Shown: in pieces, positions 19,358-29,609 of the stretch
Numbering within the stretch: the first letter of the stretch is position 1
Layout: each line of letters starts with the position of its first letter
Origin: Wolbachia endosymbiont of Cimex lectularius
GTDB lineage: Bacteria > Pseudomonadota > Alphaproteobacteria > Rickettsiales > Anaplasmataceae
NCBI RefSeq assembly: GCF_000829315.1
Contig: NZ_AP013028.1
Location: forward strand, 510,001 to 542,000
Reading direction: 5' to 3'
Length of the DNA: 32,000 nucleotides
Position numbers and translations under genes: made by a program
Notes under the pieces: generated by a model
The model's database searches: none
What the model was told of the DNA's origin: nothing
What the model saw: the letters and a program-made list of their open reading frames with translations, nothing else

Positions 19358-21316
19358 ATGACAAAGACAGTTGACGTATTACTACCACTTCCAATTGACC
19401 AGTTATTTTCATATGCAGTTGAAGAAAACACTGAAATTTCAATTGGGGATTATGTGGTAGTGCCGTTTGGTAAAAAGCGTTTAATTGGAATAGTTTGGAA
19501 ATATAGTGACAAGAGTGATCGAGAATTAAAATTTATCGAGCAAAAGATCAATCTACCAAGCGTTAGACCAAAATTGATCGCATTTGCAGAGTGGGTTGCG
19601 CAATACAATTTAATACCTATTGGTATGCTTGCAAAAGTGATAATGGGAGGAGTGTTAAAAGTAAAACAAATAGATAAACTGGTTTGTGTTGAAAAAGATC
19701 AGGAAATAAGTGAAATAAGTTGCCAATTAAGCCCTGAACAGCAGATAGCTAGTGATAGAATAACAAGCAATTTAAACGAATACTCAGTGACTTTACTTGA
19801 CGGTGAGACAGGGTCTGGGAAAACGGAAGTTTATCTCTCTGTGATTGCGAAGTTAGTTGACACTGTAAACGACGCTCAAGTTTTAATTCTCCTGCCCGAA
19901 ATTATTTTAACTTCACAATTGGTAAATCGTATTCGCAGTCAGATATCAAGAAACCTAGCTCAGTGGCACTCGGGGCTCACTCCAAAGACTCGCAGAAATA
20001 ACTGGCTTGATATAGCAAATGGAAATGTACAAATAATCATCGGGGCACGGTCAGCACTTTTTTTACCTTATAAAAACCTAAAATTGATTATCGTTGATGA
20101 AGAGCACGATTCATCTTTCAAGCAAGAACAGGGGATTATATACAATGCTCGAGATATGGCGATAATCTTAGCCAGAATTGAAAATATTCCAATAATTCTG
20201 TCGTCAGCAACTCCACTGCTCGAGACGATTCATCACGTTAAAAATGGGAATTACAATCACGTGAAGTTAACTAAGCGATTCGGTGGTGCGGAATTGCCAC
20301 TCATTAGAGTAGTGGACATGAGGAACAACAAACAATGGATTTCCGATGAGCTTTTCGAGTGCATAAAACAAACCATACAGAAGAAACAGCAGGTTATGCT
20401 TTTTCTAAACCGCAGAGGATATGCGCAACTTGCAGTTTGTAAAAAGTGTGGATACAAAATTTCCTGCCTAAATTGTGCCATTTGGCTTACATACCACAAG
20501 AAAAAGAACGCCCTCTTGTGCCATCATTGTTTTTATCAATTAAAACTCCCAGAAAAATGCTCTAATTGCCAAAGTGAGCAGTCATTATCCCTTTATGGTG
20601 TAGGAATTGAAAGGTTGCTTGAAGAAATGGTCAAACTAATACCAAACGCAAAAACTTCGATCATAAGTAGCGATCAGAAGTCGGTTAGCAACGTCATTGA
20701 CTTAGTGCTGAAAGAAGAGGTGAATATTATAATCGGCACACAAATAATTGCTAAAGGGCACAATTTTCCTAAATTGACCTTAGTTGGTGTGATAAATGCG
20801 GATTTGAGCCTCGAAAATTCTGATCTGAGGGCAGCAGAAAAGACATATCAGTTATTGCACCAAGTTGCAGGGAGATCTGGAAGGTTCAACGAAAAAGGGA
20901 CAGTAATAGTACAAACCAATAATCCTGAAAGTCCAATAATAAAAGCATTGCAGTATCAAAAGAGGGACGCATTTTATGAAATTGAGCTTAAGTCAAGATG
21001 CGAAGCAAAAATGCCGCCATTTAGCAGGCTGATAGCACTTATAATTTGTAGCAAGAATCAAATTGCAACACAAAAGGCAGCAAATGAAATAGCAAGATTC
21101 TTGCATAACCAATGTTTAAAAGAGTTCGAAATTCTTGGTCCATCGCTAGCAGCAATAAATTTTTTAAATAATAAGTATCGGTATAGGATATTACTAAAGA
21201 TACACAATAAACATAGTCTATCCATGCAGAGAAAGCTGAAATGCTGGATTAAAAGTTGTAACTTGAGTTCGAGCATTGCAGTAACAATAGATGTTGATCC
21301 TGTGAGTTTTTTTTAA
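19358..21316 (+). CDS. priA: Primosomal protein N' (replication restart helicase PriA)
   Basis: Contains Walker A GETGSGKTEVY, DEEH (IVDEEHDSSFKQ), Cys-rich Zn motifs (CKKCGY...CLNC...CHHC...CSNC) and helicase C motifs (QVAGRSGR). Confidence 0.93.
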   Translation: MTKTVDVLLPLPIDQLFSYAVEENTEISIGDYVVVPFGKKRLIGIVWKYSDKSDRELKFIEQKINLPSVRPKLIAFAEWVAQYNLIPIGMLAKVIMGGVLKVKQIDKLVCVEKDQEISEISCQLSPEQQIASDRITSNLNEYSVTLLDGETGSGKTEVYLSVIAKLVDTVNDAQVLILLPEIILTSQLVNRIRSQISRNLAQWHSGLTPKTRRNNWLDIANGNVQIIIGARSALFLPYKNLKLIIVDEEHDSSFKQEQGIIYNARDMAIILARIENIPIILSSATPLLETIHHVKNGNYNHVKLTKRFGGAELPLIRVVDMRNNKQWISDELFECIKQTIQKKQQVMLFLNRRGYAQLAVCKKCGYKISCLNCAIWLTYHKKKNALLCHHCFYQLKLPEKCSNCQSEQSLSLYGVGIERLLEEMVKLIPNAKTSIISSDQKSVSNVIDLVLKEEVNIIIGTQIIAKGHNFPKLTLVGVINADLSLENSDLRAAEKTYQLLHQVAGRSGRFNEKGTVIVQTNNPESPIIKALQYQKRDAFYEIELKSRCEAKMPPFSRLIALIICSKNQIATQKAANEIARFLHNQCLKEFEILGPSLAAINFLNNKYRYRILLKIHNKHSLSMQRKLKCWIKSCNLSSSIAVTIDVDPVSFF

Positions 21317-21400
21317 CAGGTTTGTTGCAGAACGTTAATTTAAATTTGGATAACATTCATAGAAACTCTCACAAATTGTATTAACTTTTTAACTAAAAAC

Positions 21401-21429
21401 TTGACTTTCAGCAGAATTTGTTGTATTAT
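21401..21429 (+). promoter_or_regulatory. Near-consensus sigma70 promoter for the ankyrin/TM gene
   Basis: TTGACT (21401-21406), a 17-nt spacer, then TATTAT (21424-21429). A strong SD, aaggagg (21452-21458), lies 5 nt before the ATG at 21464. Confidence 0.55.
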
Positions 21430-21463
21430 TAATACACAATATGATCAAAATAAGGAGGATCGT

Positions 21464-22210
21464 ATGATTGGTAATTTGAATTCAATAATCAAAGAAATAG
21501 AGAATGGTAAAAAGATTAGTCAAGGCACACTTGCACCTTTTTTAAAACAAGCAAAAGCTGAAAAAGAAATAGCAATGCACACAATTCTGCTTCATTTTGT
21601 GCAAAACCCTGGTGAGCAATCGCTAGAAGATGTGACAGAGCATTTGAACGCAGCAATACGGGGGATAATGCTCCAAAAAAATAGCCCAATAAAGAATCAA
21701 GATAAGGAACTTCGTACTCACATGAACTTTAAGGGGGAGGGAGGAAATACATTATTACATCAAGCTGTTATAAGTGACAACATTGAGGCAATAGAAACCC
21801 TTTTGAAATATGGTGCGAATCCTTTGATAAAGAACGAAAAAGGTAAAATTCCATTAGATTTAGCTCAAGGAAAAACAAGAGACGCGCTTGTTAACAGTAT
21901 GACAGACCTAGCTAACTCAAAGAAGTGGAGCGCTGTATGTAATAGTTCATTTGGTGTTATACCTGGCGTTTTTCTCGGTGTTGGACTGGGTATTGGTAGT
22001 GCTTTGGCAGGTCCTTCAATGGTTATCATATTGGGTGCAGCAGCAGTATTTACTCTCGTTGCTGGAATAGCGGTTGGGCTAGCTATATATTTCTTAAGTC
22101 AAGATCGTGAACAAGTTAAAGCGATAGAAAAGGCGATTAATTCTGAGCCATCTTCTGCGTTCACAAATGGTAAAGAAGCGCCTGTAACTGCGGATGGAAA
22201 AGGGCGATAA
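21464..22210 (+). CDS. Ankyrin-repeat protein with a C-terminal Gly/Ala-rich hydrophobic region long enough for two membrane helices
   Basis: ANK motifs are GNTLLHQAVISDNIEAIETLLKYGANPLIKNEKGKIPLDLA. The hydrophobic stretch is FGVIPGVFLGVGLGIGSALAGPSMVIILGAAAVFTLVAGIAVGLAIYFL. The ATG with SD is preferred over the TTG at 21401. Confidence 0.8.
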   Translation: MIGNLNSIIKEIENGKKISQGTLAPFLKQAKAEKEIAMHTILLHFVQNPGEQSLEDVTEHLNAAIRGIMLQKNSPIKNQDKELRTHMNFKGEGGNTLLHQAVISDNIEAIETLLKYGANPLIKNEKGKIPLDLAQGKTRDALVNSMTDLANSKKWSAVCNSSFGVIPGVFLGVGLGIGSALAGPSMVIILGAAAVFTLVAGIAVGLAIYFLSQDREQVKAIEKAINSEPSSAFTNGKEAPVTADGKGR

Positions 22211-22215
22211 CATGC

Positions 22216-23478
22216 CTAACAAAACCTGCTCTTGCGGTTCTTACCATACACTTGATGAATGCTTTTTATTATATTACTATGGGCAACCGTTTTTTCTTCA
22301 CCCAAATCCATATCTTTGACCTTTAAAGTTTTGCTGCTCAGTTCTTCATCACCAAAAATAAGTGCAACTTTAGCATCCGCTTGATTTGCTTTTTTCATTC
22401 GGGTTTTGAGAGTTCCGCTATACTCATAGATTACATATAAACCATTTCTGCGCAGCTCATTCGCAAGTGTTAGAGCATACTCTTCAGCCTCTTTGCCAAT
22501 AGGAATTAGATAAACAGATCTTTCTTCTTTCACGGAACAGTTGGCCAGTTCCATTATGCGCTCAATACCTCCTGCAAATCCTATTGCCGGAATATGCTTC
22601 CCACCTACTGAAGATACTAGATTATCATATCTTCCCCCTGCAAAAACTGCTCCTTGGCTACCTAAATCTTCTGTGACGAATTCAAACACTGTGTGGCAAT
22701 AATAGTCCAAACCTCGGACCAATTTATCGTTTACAGTATAAGGTATATCAAGAATTGTTAATCCATTTAGTATTTGCTCAAAGAAACTCAAGGACTCTTT
22801 TGTATAATAGTCACTGATTTTAGGTGCGCCAGAAATTATTTCTTTATCTGTCTTGTCCTTGGAGTCTAATATTCTGAGTGGGTTCTTAATCAATCGATTT
22901 TGGCTATCTTCTGATAGGTTGTTTTGAAACTTTTTAAAATATGATATCAAGGCTTCTCTATACTTACTTATTGTTTCACCATCGCCCAAAGAATTAATTT
23001 CCAGCCTTACATTTTTATCGATACCAAATTCAGTTAATAGGTGCTGAGCAAGTGTAATCAATTCAATATCGGCTTTTGGATCTTCTATGCCGAAAGCTTC
23101 AAAATTTATCTGATGAAATTGTCTTTGCCTCCCTTTTTGCGGTCTTTCATAGCGAAATGCAGGTCCTGTCGAGAATAATTTTACCGGTGTTTGCAGTTTT
23201 TTTTCAATCAAAAGCCTGACAACCGCTGCGGTGAACTCAGGACGTAAAGTTATGCTCTTGCCACCTTTGTCATTAAAGGTATACATCTCTTTATTGATGA
23301 TATCTGAGCTATCACCTAAAGTTTTCGTGAAGACTTCTGTATATTCAAATATTGGAGTTTCAGCAGGCAAAAAGCCATATAAACTTGAAATTTCACTCGC
23401 TGTTTGTTGAACATATTTAAACCTATACCATTCATCAAACAGAAGATCTTTTGTTCCTCTAACTGTTTGATTAGTCAT
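22216..23478 (-). CDS. hisS: Histidine--tRNA ligase
   Basis: Contains class II aaRS motifs ([30 protein letters not shown]-like AGGRYDNL) and a C-terminal anticodon-binding domain. The ATG at 23478 overlaps the upstream TGA (ATGA), so it is preferred over 23520. Confidence 0.9.
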   Translation of the reverse strand: MTNQTVRGTKDLLFDEWYRFKYVQQTASEISSLYGFLPAETPIFEYTEVFTKTLGDSSDIINKEMYTFNDKGGKSITLRPEFTAAVVRLLIEKKLQTPVKLFSTGPAFRYERPQKGRQRQFHQINFEAFGIEDPKADIELITLAQHLLTEFGIDKNVRLEINSLGDGETISKYREALISYFKKFQNNLSEDSQNRLIKNPLRILDSKDKTDKEIISGAPKISDYYTKESLSFFEQILNGLTILDIPYTVNDKLVRGLDYYCHTVFEFVTEDLGSQGAVFAGGRYDNLVSSVGGKHIPAIGFAGGIERIMELANCSVKEERSVYLIPIGKEAEEYALTLANELRRNGLYVIYEYSGTLKTRMKKANQADAKVALIFGDEELSSKTLKVKDMDLGEEKTVAHSNIIKSIHQVYGKNRKSRFC

Positions 23479-24059
23479 AGTATAGTCTCTATACCCGAAA
23501 CTTCTGGTATGTGATAGCACAGCATATTTTGCACTCCTTGCTTAAGAGTAATTGCAGCACTTGGACATCCAGAACAAGCTCCTTGCAGTTCAACGTAAAC
23601 TATTCCGTCTTTATAGCCACGAAATTTGATATCACCACCATCTTGAGCAACTGCAGGTTTAATATAGCTTTCCATCAACTCTTTTATCCTGTTTACAATT
23701 TCTATATCATTTTCATCAAAAAATTCTTCTTCTAATATATTATTATCATTCACCTCTTCCTTATCAAGTGCTTTTCCACCAGAAGTAAAGTGATCCATAA
23801 TCGTAGTTAAAATTTCCACTTTTAATATGTCCCAATTAATACCATCTAGTTTTGTAACTGAAATAAAATCATGACCAAAAAATACTCTCATCACATGTTC
23901 TATTTGAAAGAGGTTTGCTGCTAGTTTAGAGTTTTTTATTTCATCCGCACTTGAAAAATCAGCCGTTTCTTCTTCATTTAAAATTGCAAACCCAGGAAGA
24001 AATTTTAGCGTGTTTGGGTTTGGTGTTTCTTCAATTTGAATGAACATGTTGTTTACCAT
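23475..24059 (-). CDS. Nfu/NifU-type Fe-S cluster assembly protein (Nfu_N + NifU C-terminal domain)
   Basis: [16 protein letters not shown] matches the Nfu N-terminal domain. The C-terminal domain has the [19 protein letters not shown] CxxC motif. Confidence 0.85.
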   Translation of the reverse strand: MVNNMFIQIEETPNPNTLKFLPGFAILNEEETADFSSADEIKNSKLAANLFQIEHVMRVFFGHDFISVTKLDGINWDILKVEILTTIMDHFTSGGKALDKEEVNDNNILEEEFFDENDIEIVNRIKELMESYIKPAVAQDGGDIKFRGYKDGIVYVELQGACSGCPSAAITLKQGVQNMLCYHIPEVSGIETIL

Positions 24060-24108
24060 GACGACTATAATTGTTACTATTTAATCACAAAATGATAAAA
24101 AAATATAC

Positions 24109-24468
24109 ATGTCATTCATCTTTTTTCTTTTTTTGATATTCATAGTAATTACTTTTGTCTTGCCCAGCGTTGTTGTATTTTTTCTCTTCTTAACAAAAAG
24201 AAATAACATAGGTTTCATGATGAATTCTATATTGAGTAGATTTTTGAATGAATTTAATGGCAATAGAAGTTATACTAAAAATGAAGCCGGTGATAATATG
24301 TCCACAGATGAGGCACTAAAAATATTGGGGCTAAATCCTGAAGCAAGCAAAAATGAAATCAATAAAGCATATCAAAATTTAATGAAGTTAGTTCACCCAG
24401 ATAAAGGAGGCTCAGAATATTTTGCACAAAAGTTAAATGCAGCACGTGATAGATTGCTGAGGAGATAA
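24109..24468 (+). CDS. Small membrane-anchored J-domain protein (DnaJ-domain only)
   Basis: The N-terminus is hydrophobic (FIFFLFLIFIVITFVLPSVVVFFLFL). The C-terminal J domain has EALKILGL...AYQNLMKLVHPDKGG (HPD motif). Confidence 0.8.
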   Translation: MSFIFFLFLIFIVITFVLPSVVVFFLFLTKRNNIGFMMNSILSRFLNEFNGNRSYTKNEAGDNMSTDEALKILGLNPEASKNEINKAYQNLMKLVHPDKGGSEYFAQKLNAARDRLLRR

Positions 24469-24484
24469 TAAATCTCTTGCATAA

Positions 24485-24760
24485 CCTAAGCTAAGCAGAA
24501 AAACAGGCAAAGAAACCCCGAGGTAGCTAGTTATTCCACTCTCTATTTTAAAATCCGGCGTTGGGTGATGTCTTAAACGACTTATAAGCGCGTTTCAGCT
24601 TGTATGGGTAAAAACCCGAAGTTTTAAAAAGACATGCAGTGCACATAGTACGCCAAATACAAGTTTTCTTGTCATTTTAACCTGTACAGATTGGGAAGTT
24701 AAACAAATAGCTTTAGTATCATTATAAAGGTAACGGCGAAGGTTGTCAAGTAGTTTTTTT
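24485..24760 (-). repeat. Promoter-bearing repeat, copy 2 (inverted relative to copy 1, with a 43-nt insertion)
   Basis: The reverse complement matches 9469-9726. The insertion at 24644-24686 is absent from copy 1, and the 3' part is shorter than in copy 1. Confidence 0.75.
24721..24749 (-). promoter_or_regulatory. Consensus sigma70 promoter inside repeat copy 2
   Basis: On the minus strand: TTGACA (24749-24744), a 17-nt spacer accttcgccgttacctt, then TATAAT (24726-24721). The spacer differs from copy 1 at 3 positions, while both hexamers are unchanged. Confidence 0.65.
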
Positions 24761-24810
24761 GTTTCTATTGGGTAGCTTTTTTCTACTGTCGTCTTGTGTC
24801 TTGTCAAAAG

Positions 24811-24834
24811 CATCTAATGTTAGGGCATTAGATG
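24811..24834 (-). terminator. Hairpin downstream of tyrS (possible terminator)
   Basis: catctaatg-ttaggg-cattagatg forms a perfect 9-bp stem with a 6-nt loop, about 115 nt after the tyrS stop. On the minus strand it is followed by cttttg, which is only a short T-run. Confidence 0.3.
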
Positions 24835-24948
24835 GAGAAGGAAAGAACTCTGTAAACGCTCCTTTTGCCCACAGTTGGCCGGTTTGAGTGAATTTGTGAT
24901 ATATTTTATTTGCCTTTCCAATAACGAAAATTAGTATTACTTCAAAGT

Positions 24949-26199
24949 TTAACCCACTACAACTTTTATATGGCGTTTCTTTCCTGCGGATAGCTTCATG
25001 AATGGCTGGCCTTTAAAGCTCTCGAAATTTATTATATAATTAACATCATTTATAGTATTATCATTAACTTTACATCCATTGCCCTGTATTAAACGCTTTG
25101 CAGCACCTTTTGAAGGTTCAAGACTGGTGTTGTGTAGCAGATCTACTAAGGGTATGCCATTTGCAACTTGTTCTTTTGTTATGATATAATCAGGAAGTAA
25201 TGAACTATCTTCATTCTCAAAAGCTAAAACTGCAGCAGATCGTGCAATTTCTGCTTCTTTTTCACCATGACATATTTTTGTTACTTCTGTTGCCAAAACT
25301 TTTTTCGCTTCATTTATTTCTTGATCCTTTAGAGACTCTAGTTTTTTAATCTCATCAATCGGCAAATCAGTAAAAAGCCTCAAAAAATGCCCAACATCTT
25401 GATCATCAACATTGCGAAAATATTGCCAGTAGTCATAGGGCTTTAGCATACTGCCATCGAGCCATATAGCTCCATTTTCAGTTTTACCCATCTTTTTTCC
25501 TTGTGCATTTAATAAAAGAGGAGCGGTTAGGCCAAACAACTCAGGTAGATTCAACCTTTTGCCAAGTTCAATTCCGTTTACTATATTTCCCCATTGGTCT
25601 GATCCTCCAATCTGCAGACAACAGCCATACTTTTTATTCAATTCAACGAAATCATAAGCTTGCAACAACATGTAATTAAACTCAAGAAAGCTTAGGTTTT
25701 GTTCTCTATCGAGCCTAATTTTTACACTGTCGAGACTTAGCATACGGTTCACAGAAAAATGCACTCCTACGTTGCGTAAAAAATCTATATATTTTATACT
25801 ATCTAGCCAATCTGCGTTATTTACTACGATTGCACCAGTCTTTCCATCGTTGAAAGATATCATTTTCTCGAGTGTTTTTTTTATGCCGGATATGTTTTGG
25901 TTGATATCTTTTATAGGCAAGACACTCCTTGCTTTGTCTTTGCCGGATGGATCGCCAATCTTGGTTGTACCGCCTCCAAGTAAGACTATTGGCTTGTAAT
26001 CAAATTTTTGTAGGTGACGGAGCATCATAATCTGAATTAGATGACCAGCATGAAGGCTTGGTGCTGTGCAATCAAACCCGATATATGCAATTATATGATT
26101 ATTTTGCGATAATAGTCGATCTAACCCCTCAGCGTCTGTACACTGATATAGATACCCTCTTTCTTGGATAAAATTTAAAAATTCGGACTTATGTTTCAT
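24949..26199 (-). CDS. tyrS: Tyrosine--tRNA ligase
   Basis: Contains a HIGH-type motif (PSLHAGHL), a KMSKS-type motif (KKMGKT) and a C-terminal S4-like domain. The ORF is 416 aa. Confidence 0.93.
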   Translation of the reverse strand: MKHKSEFLNFIQERGYLYQCTDAEGLDRLLSQNNHIIAYIGFDCTAPSLHAGHLIQIMMLRHLQKFDYKPIVLLGGGTTKIGDPSGKDKARSVLPIKDINQNISGIKKTLEKMISFNDGKTGAIVVNNADWLDSIKYIDFLRNVGVHFSVNRMLSLDSVKIRLDREQNLSFLEFNYMLLQAYDFVELNKKYGCCLQIGGSDQWGNIVNGIELGKRLNLPELFGLTAPLLLNAQGKKMGKTENGAIWLDGSMLKPYDYWQYFRNVDDQDVGHFLRLFTDLPIDEIKKLESLKDQEINEAKKVLATEVTKICHGEKEAEIARSAAVLAFENEDSSLLPDYIITKEQVANGIPLVDLLHNTSLEPSKGAAKRLIQGNGCKVNDNTINDVNYIINFESFKGQPFMKLSAGKKRHIKVVVG

Positions 26200-26257
26200 G
26201 GTTTGCTTTCGTCAATTAAAGTGATTTTAATCTATGAGTCTTACAAATGAAAGAAAG

Positions 26258-26587
26258 TTAATTCCATAGTTCTTCTATTTTATAATACTCCCTTACTTCC
26301 GGTCTGAATATGTGAACCATTATGCCTTGAAAATTCACAATTACCCAATTGCCTTCATCCATACCTTCTACGTCTGCTTTGTCATGTGGCTTGAGACTTT
26401 TTATTACATGCTCAGCTAATGCTTTCACGTGGCGGCTCGAATCACCGGATGCAATAATCATGTATTTTGCAATAATGGTTTTATTCTGCACATCAAAAGT
26501 GACTATATCATGACCTTTGTTTTGATCTATGATACTTACAATCATGTTTTTTATTAATTCTGTATCGCCAGATACACCAGCCATCAT
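26258..26587 (-). CDS. rsfS: Ribosomal silencing factor RsfS (Iojap family)
   Basis: The 109-aa ORF shows the typical RsfS pattern KGHDIVTFDV...YMIIASGDSSRHVKALA...EG...WVIVNFQGIMVHIF. Confidence 0.85.
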   Translation of the reverse strand: MMAGVSGDTELIKNMIVSIIDQNKGHDIVTFDVQNKTIIAKYMIIASGDSSRHVKALAEHVIKSLKPHDKADVEGMDEGNWVIVNFQGIMVHIFRPEVREYYKIEELWN

Positions 26588-26752
26588 TTTAAATTATATA
26601 ATTTGTTTATAATGATATACTCAAAAATTCCAAACATGAACTATTTTTGATATTACTAAGACCAAATTGTTCATGCTTTTGATGCAACAGTATATACAAT
26701 ACATATCCTTTTATATATAACTTAAGGATGGTTTTCTAATAGTGTATTTATT

Positions 26753-27358
26753 ATGAGCAAAACTTTTATTTACTTAATCGGCTTTCCAGGTAGTGGTAAG
26801 TTTACTATTGCACGAAAACTGAGTGAGATTATTAATGTAGTGATAGTAAGTAATAATCTATTCAACAATGTCATATTTAACGTGGTTAAATTACCAAATG
26901 CTGAAGTTTCCGATGACCTATGGGAAAAAATTTTTGCGGTTAGAGAAAATATGCTAGCGGTATTGGGAAAACATCATATAAAATCAAAGCATTATATATT
27001 TACAAATGAGTTGATAGATGGTGATTCTTACGACCAAAGAGTATACAGCTCAATGGTGAATTTAGGTGAAAAAATGGGTGTAGAAATTCTTCCTGTAGTA
27101 TTGCATTGCAATAATGAAGAGCTAATAAAGCGTGTTGAATCAAAAGAGAGGTATCAGGAAGGTAAAATTACTGATTCAGATTTTGCTATAAAAAGGACTA
27201 GAGAAAAAAGGCTGTTTGTACCTGAAGGTTCGCTTGAAATTGACAATTCGAACTTGAGTGCAAAGGAAGTTGCAGAAAGAATTGTTAAAAGGATGAATAA
27301 TGGAGAAAAATTAGTTAAAACTTCTGTAAATAATTTAATAAAGCGTACTCGTGGTTGA
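26753..27358 (+). CDS. Uncharacterised P-loop NTPase, nucleotide-kinase-like
   Basis: The P-loop GFPGSGKFT is of the GxPGxGKxT type found in adenylate/NMP kinases. The protein is about 200 aa. I cannot assign a substrate from sequence. Confidence 0.6.
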   Translation: MSKTFIYLIGFPGSGKFTIARKLSEIINVVIVSNNLFNNVIFNVVKLPNAEVSDDLWEKIFAVRENMLAVLGKHHIKSKHYIFTNELIDGDSYDQRVYSSMVNLGEKMGVEILPVVLHCNNEELIKRVESKERYQEGKITDSDFAIKRTREKRLFVPEGSLEIDNSNLSAKEVAERIVKRMNNGEKLVKTSVNNLIKRTRG

Positions 27359-27845
27359 ACAGAAAGATAAGTATCGTCCCTGTGTTGGCATAATGCTATT
27401 TAATAAACAAGGGCACGTTTTTGTTGGAAAACGCTTTGATAGTGACTTTTGCTGGCAAATGCCGCAAGGAGGGGTTGATGATGGTGAAGAGCTGGAGCAG
27501 GCAGCGTTACGTGAGTTGCTAGAGGAAGTTGGCACTGATAAAGCAGAGATTGTAGCTAAAAATAAGGATTGGATATACTATAACTTGCCTGAGGAATTTA
27601 TACCAACTTGTTGGAATAGGAAATATTCTGGCCAAAAGCAGAGATGGTTCTTAATGAGGTTTTATGGGAAGAATCAGGACATTAATATTAACTATACTGA
27701 TCATCCAGAGTTCAAAGAATGGCGTTGGCAAAATATAGATGGTTTGGTAGCAAATGCTATATCCTTTAAAAAGAAAGTTTATAAAACAGTGATAGAAGAG
27801 TTTTCTTCTCAAATAAAAGCCTCTATTATTGAGCGAAAATTATAA
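27351..27845 (+). CDS. rppH: Nudix hydrolase, RNA pyrophosphohydrolase (RppH/NudH type)
   Basis: The Nudix box is GGVDDGEELEQAALRELLEEVG, with YRPCVGIMLFN at the N-terminus and QKQRWFL, typical of RppH/InvA. The GTG start overlaps the upstream gene by 8 nt. Confidence 0.85.
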   Translation: MVEQKDKYRPCVGIMLFNKQGHVFVGKRFDSDFCWQMPQGGVDDGEELEQAALRELLEEVGTDKAEIVAKNKDWIYYNLPEEFIPTCWNRKYSGQKQRWFLMRFYGKNQDININYTDHPEFKEWRWQNIDGLVANAISFKKKVYKTVIEEFSSQIKASIIERKL

Positions 27846-27852
27846 TAAGTTC

Positions 27853-28629
27853 ATGATAGTAGATTCTCATTGCCATTTGATTTATTTTTCTGATGATGAA
27901 ATACCAAAAGTAATTTCGAGGGCAGAGCAAAATGGTATAAAAGTTTTACATAATGTATGCACAAGCATTGATGATGTTTCTAAATTGTTAAAAATTTCTT
28001 CATCCTATGATCACGTTTACTCCTCTGTTGGTGTGCATCCACTTGATGCTACTGTAGAAAGCGGCGAATGTATACGTGTTGATGAATTAGTTGAACTTAC
28101 CAAGAATCAAAAGGTAATTAGTATCGGTGAAACCGGATTAGATTTTTATAAATCCAATAATAGAAGCAATCAGAAAAAAAGTTTTGCATTGCACATAGAA
28201 GCAGCAAGGATAACTGGGTTGCCTTTAGTCATTCACACTAGAAATGCTGATGATGAAATGATTGATGTGTTAAAGTCAGAAATGAAGAATGGCACTTTTA
28301 GCGGAGTAATGCACTGTTTTGCTTCTTCGAAAGAGCTTGCTTATCAAGCTATGGATTTGGGATTGTATATTTCATTTTCTGGAATTATTACTTTTAAAAA
28401 TGCTAGCTTACTGAGAGGAATTGCGCAAGATGTGCTACGTGAGCGTGTTTTAGTTGAAACTGATGCACCGTATCTATCACCTGAACCTTACAGAGGGAAA
28501 AAAAACGAGCCGGCAATGGTAAAATGTGTTGTGGATTGCCTGGCGAAATTATGGGATGAATCACCCGATAAAGTAGCAGAGGTAACCACAAGCAACTTTT
28601 TTAGGCTGTTTGCGAAACTCAAGTTATAA
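27853..28629 (+). CDS. tatD: TatD-family metal-dependent hydrolase/DNase
   Basis: MIVDSHCHL at the N-terminus, plus GETGLDFY, VIHTR, HCF and ETDAPYL, which are TatD metal-binding motifs. The ATG at 27853 is preferred over the TTG at 27829, which would overlap rppH. Confidence 0.88.
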   Translation: MIVDSHCHLIYFSDDEIPKVISRAEQNGIKVLHNVCTSIDDVSKLLKISSSYDHVYSSVGVHPLDATVESGECIRVDELVELTKNQKVISIGETGLDFYKSNNRSNQKKSFALHIEAARITGLPLVIHTRNADDEMIDVLKSEMKNGTFSGVMHCFASSKELAYQAMDLGLYISFSGIITFKNASLLRGIAQDVLRERVLVETDAPYLSPEPYRGKKNEPAMVKCVVDCLAKLWDESPDKVAEVTTSNFFRLFAKLKL

Positions 28630-28655
28630 AGAAATCCTATAAAATATTAATTTAC

Positions 28656-29609
<954 letters not shown>

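Noticed and set aside
24595-24813. 72-aa minus-strand ORF from the ORF track
   Set aside because: It starts upstream of, and reads straight through, the consensus promoter of repeat copy 2. Only its last 26 codons, downstream of the predicted TSS, could be translated; these are reported separately as a low-confidence mini-ORF.
26753-28629. ATPase + Nudix + nuclease trio as an anti-phage defence island
   Set aside because: The Nudix protein has the RppH/InvA-type housekeeping signature and TatD has the canonical metal-binding motifs. Both are standard core genes in reduced genomes. Only the P-loop protein is unexplained; it is kept as a low-interest finding.
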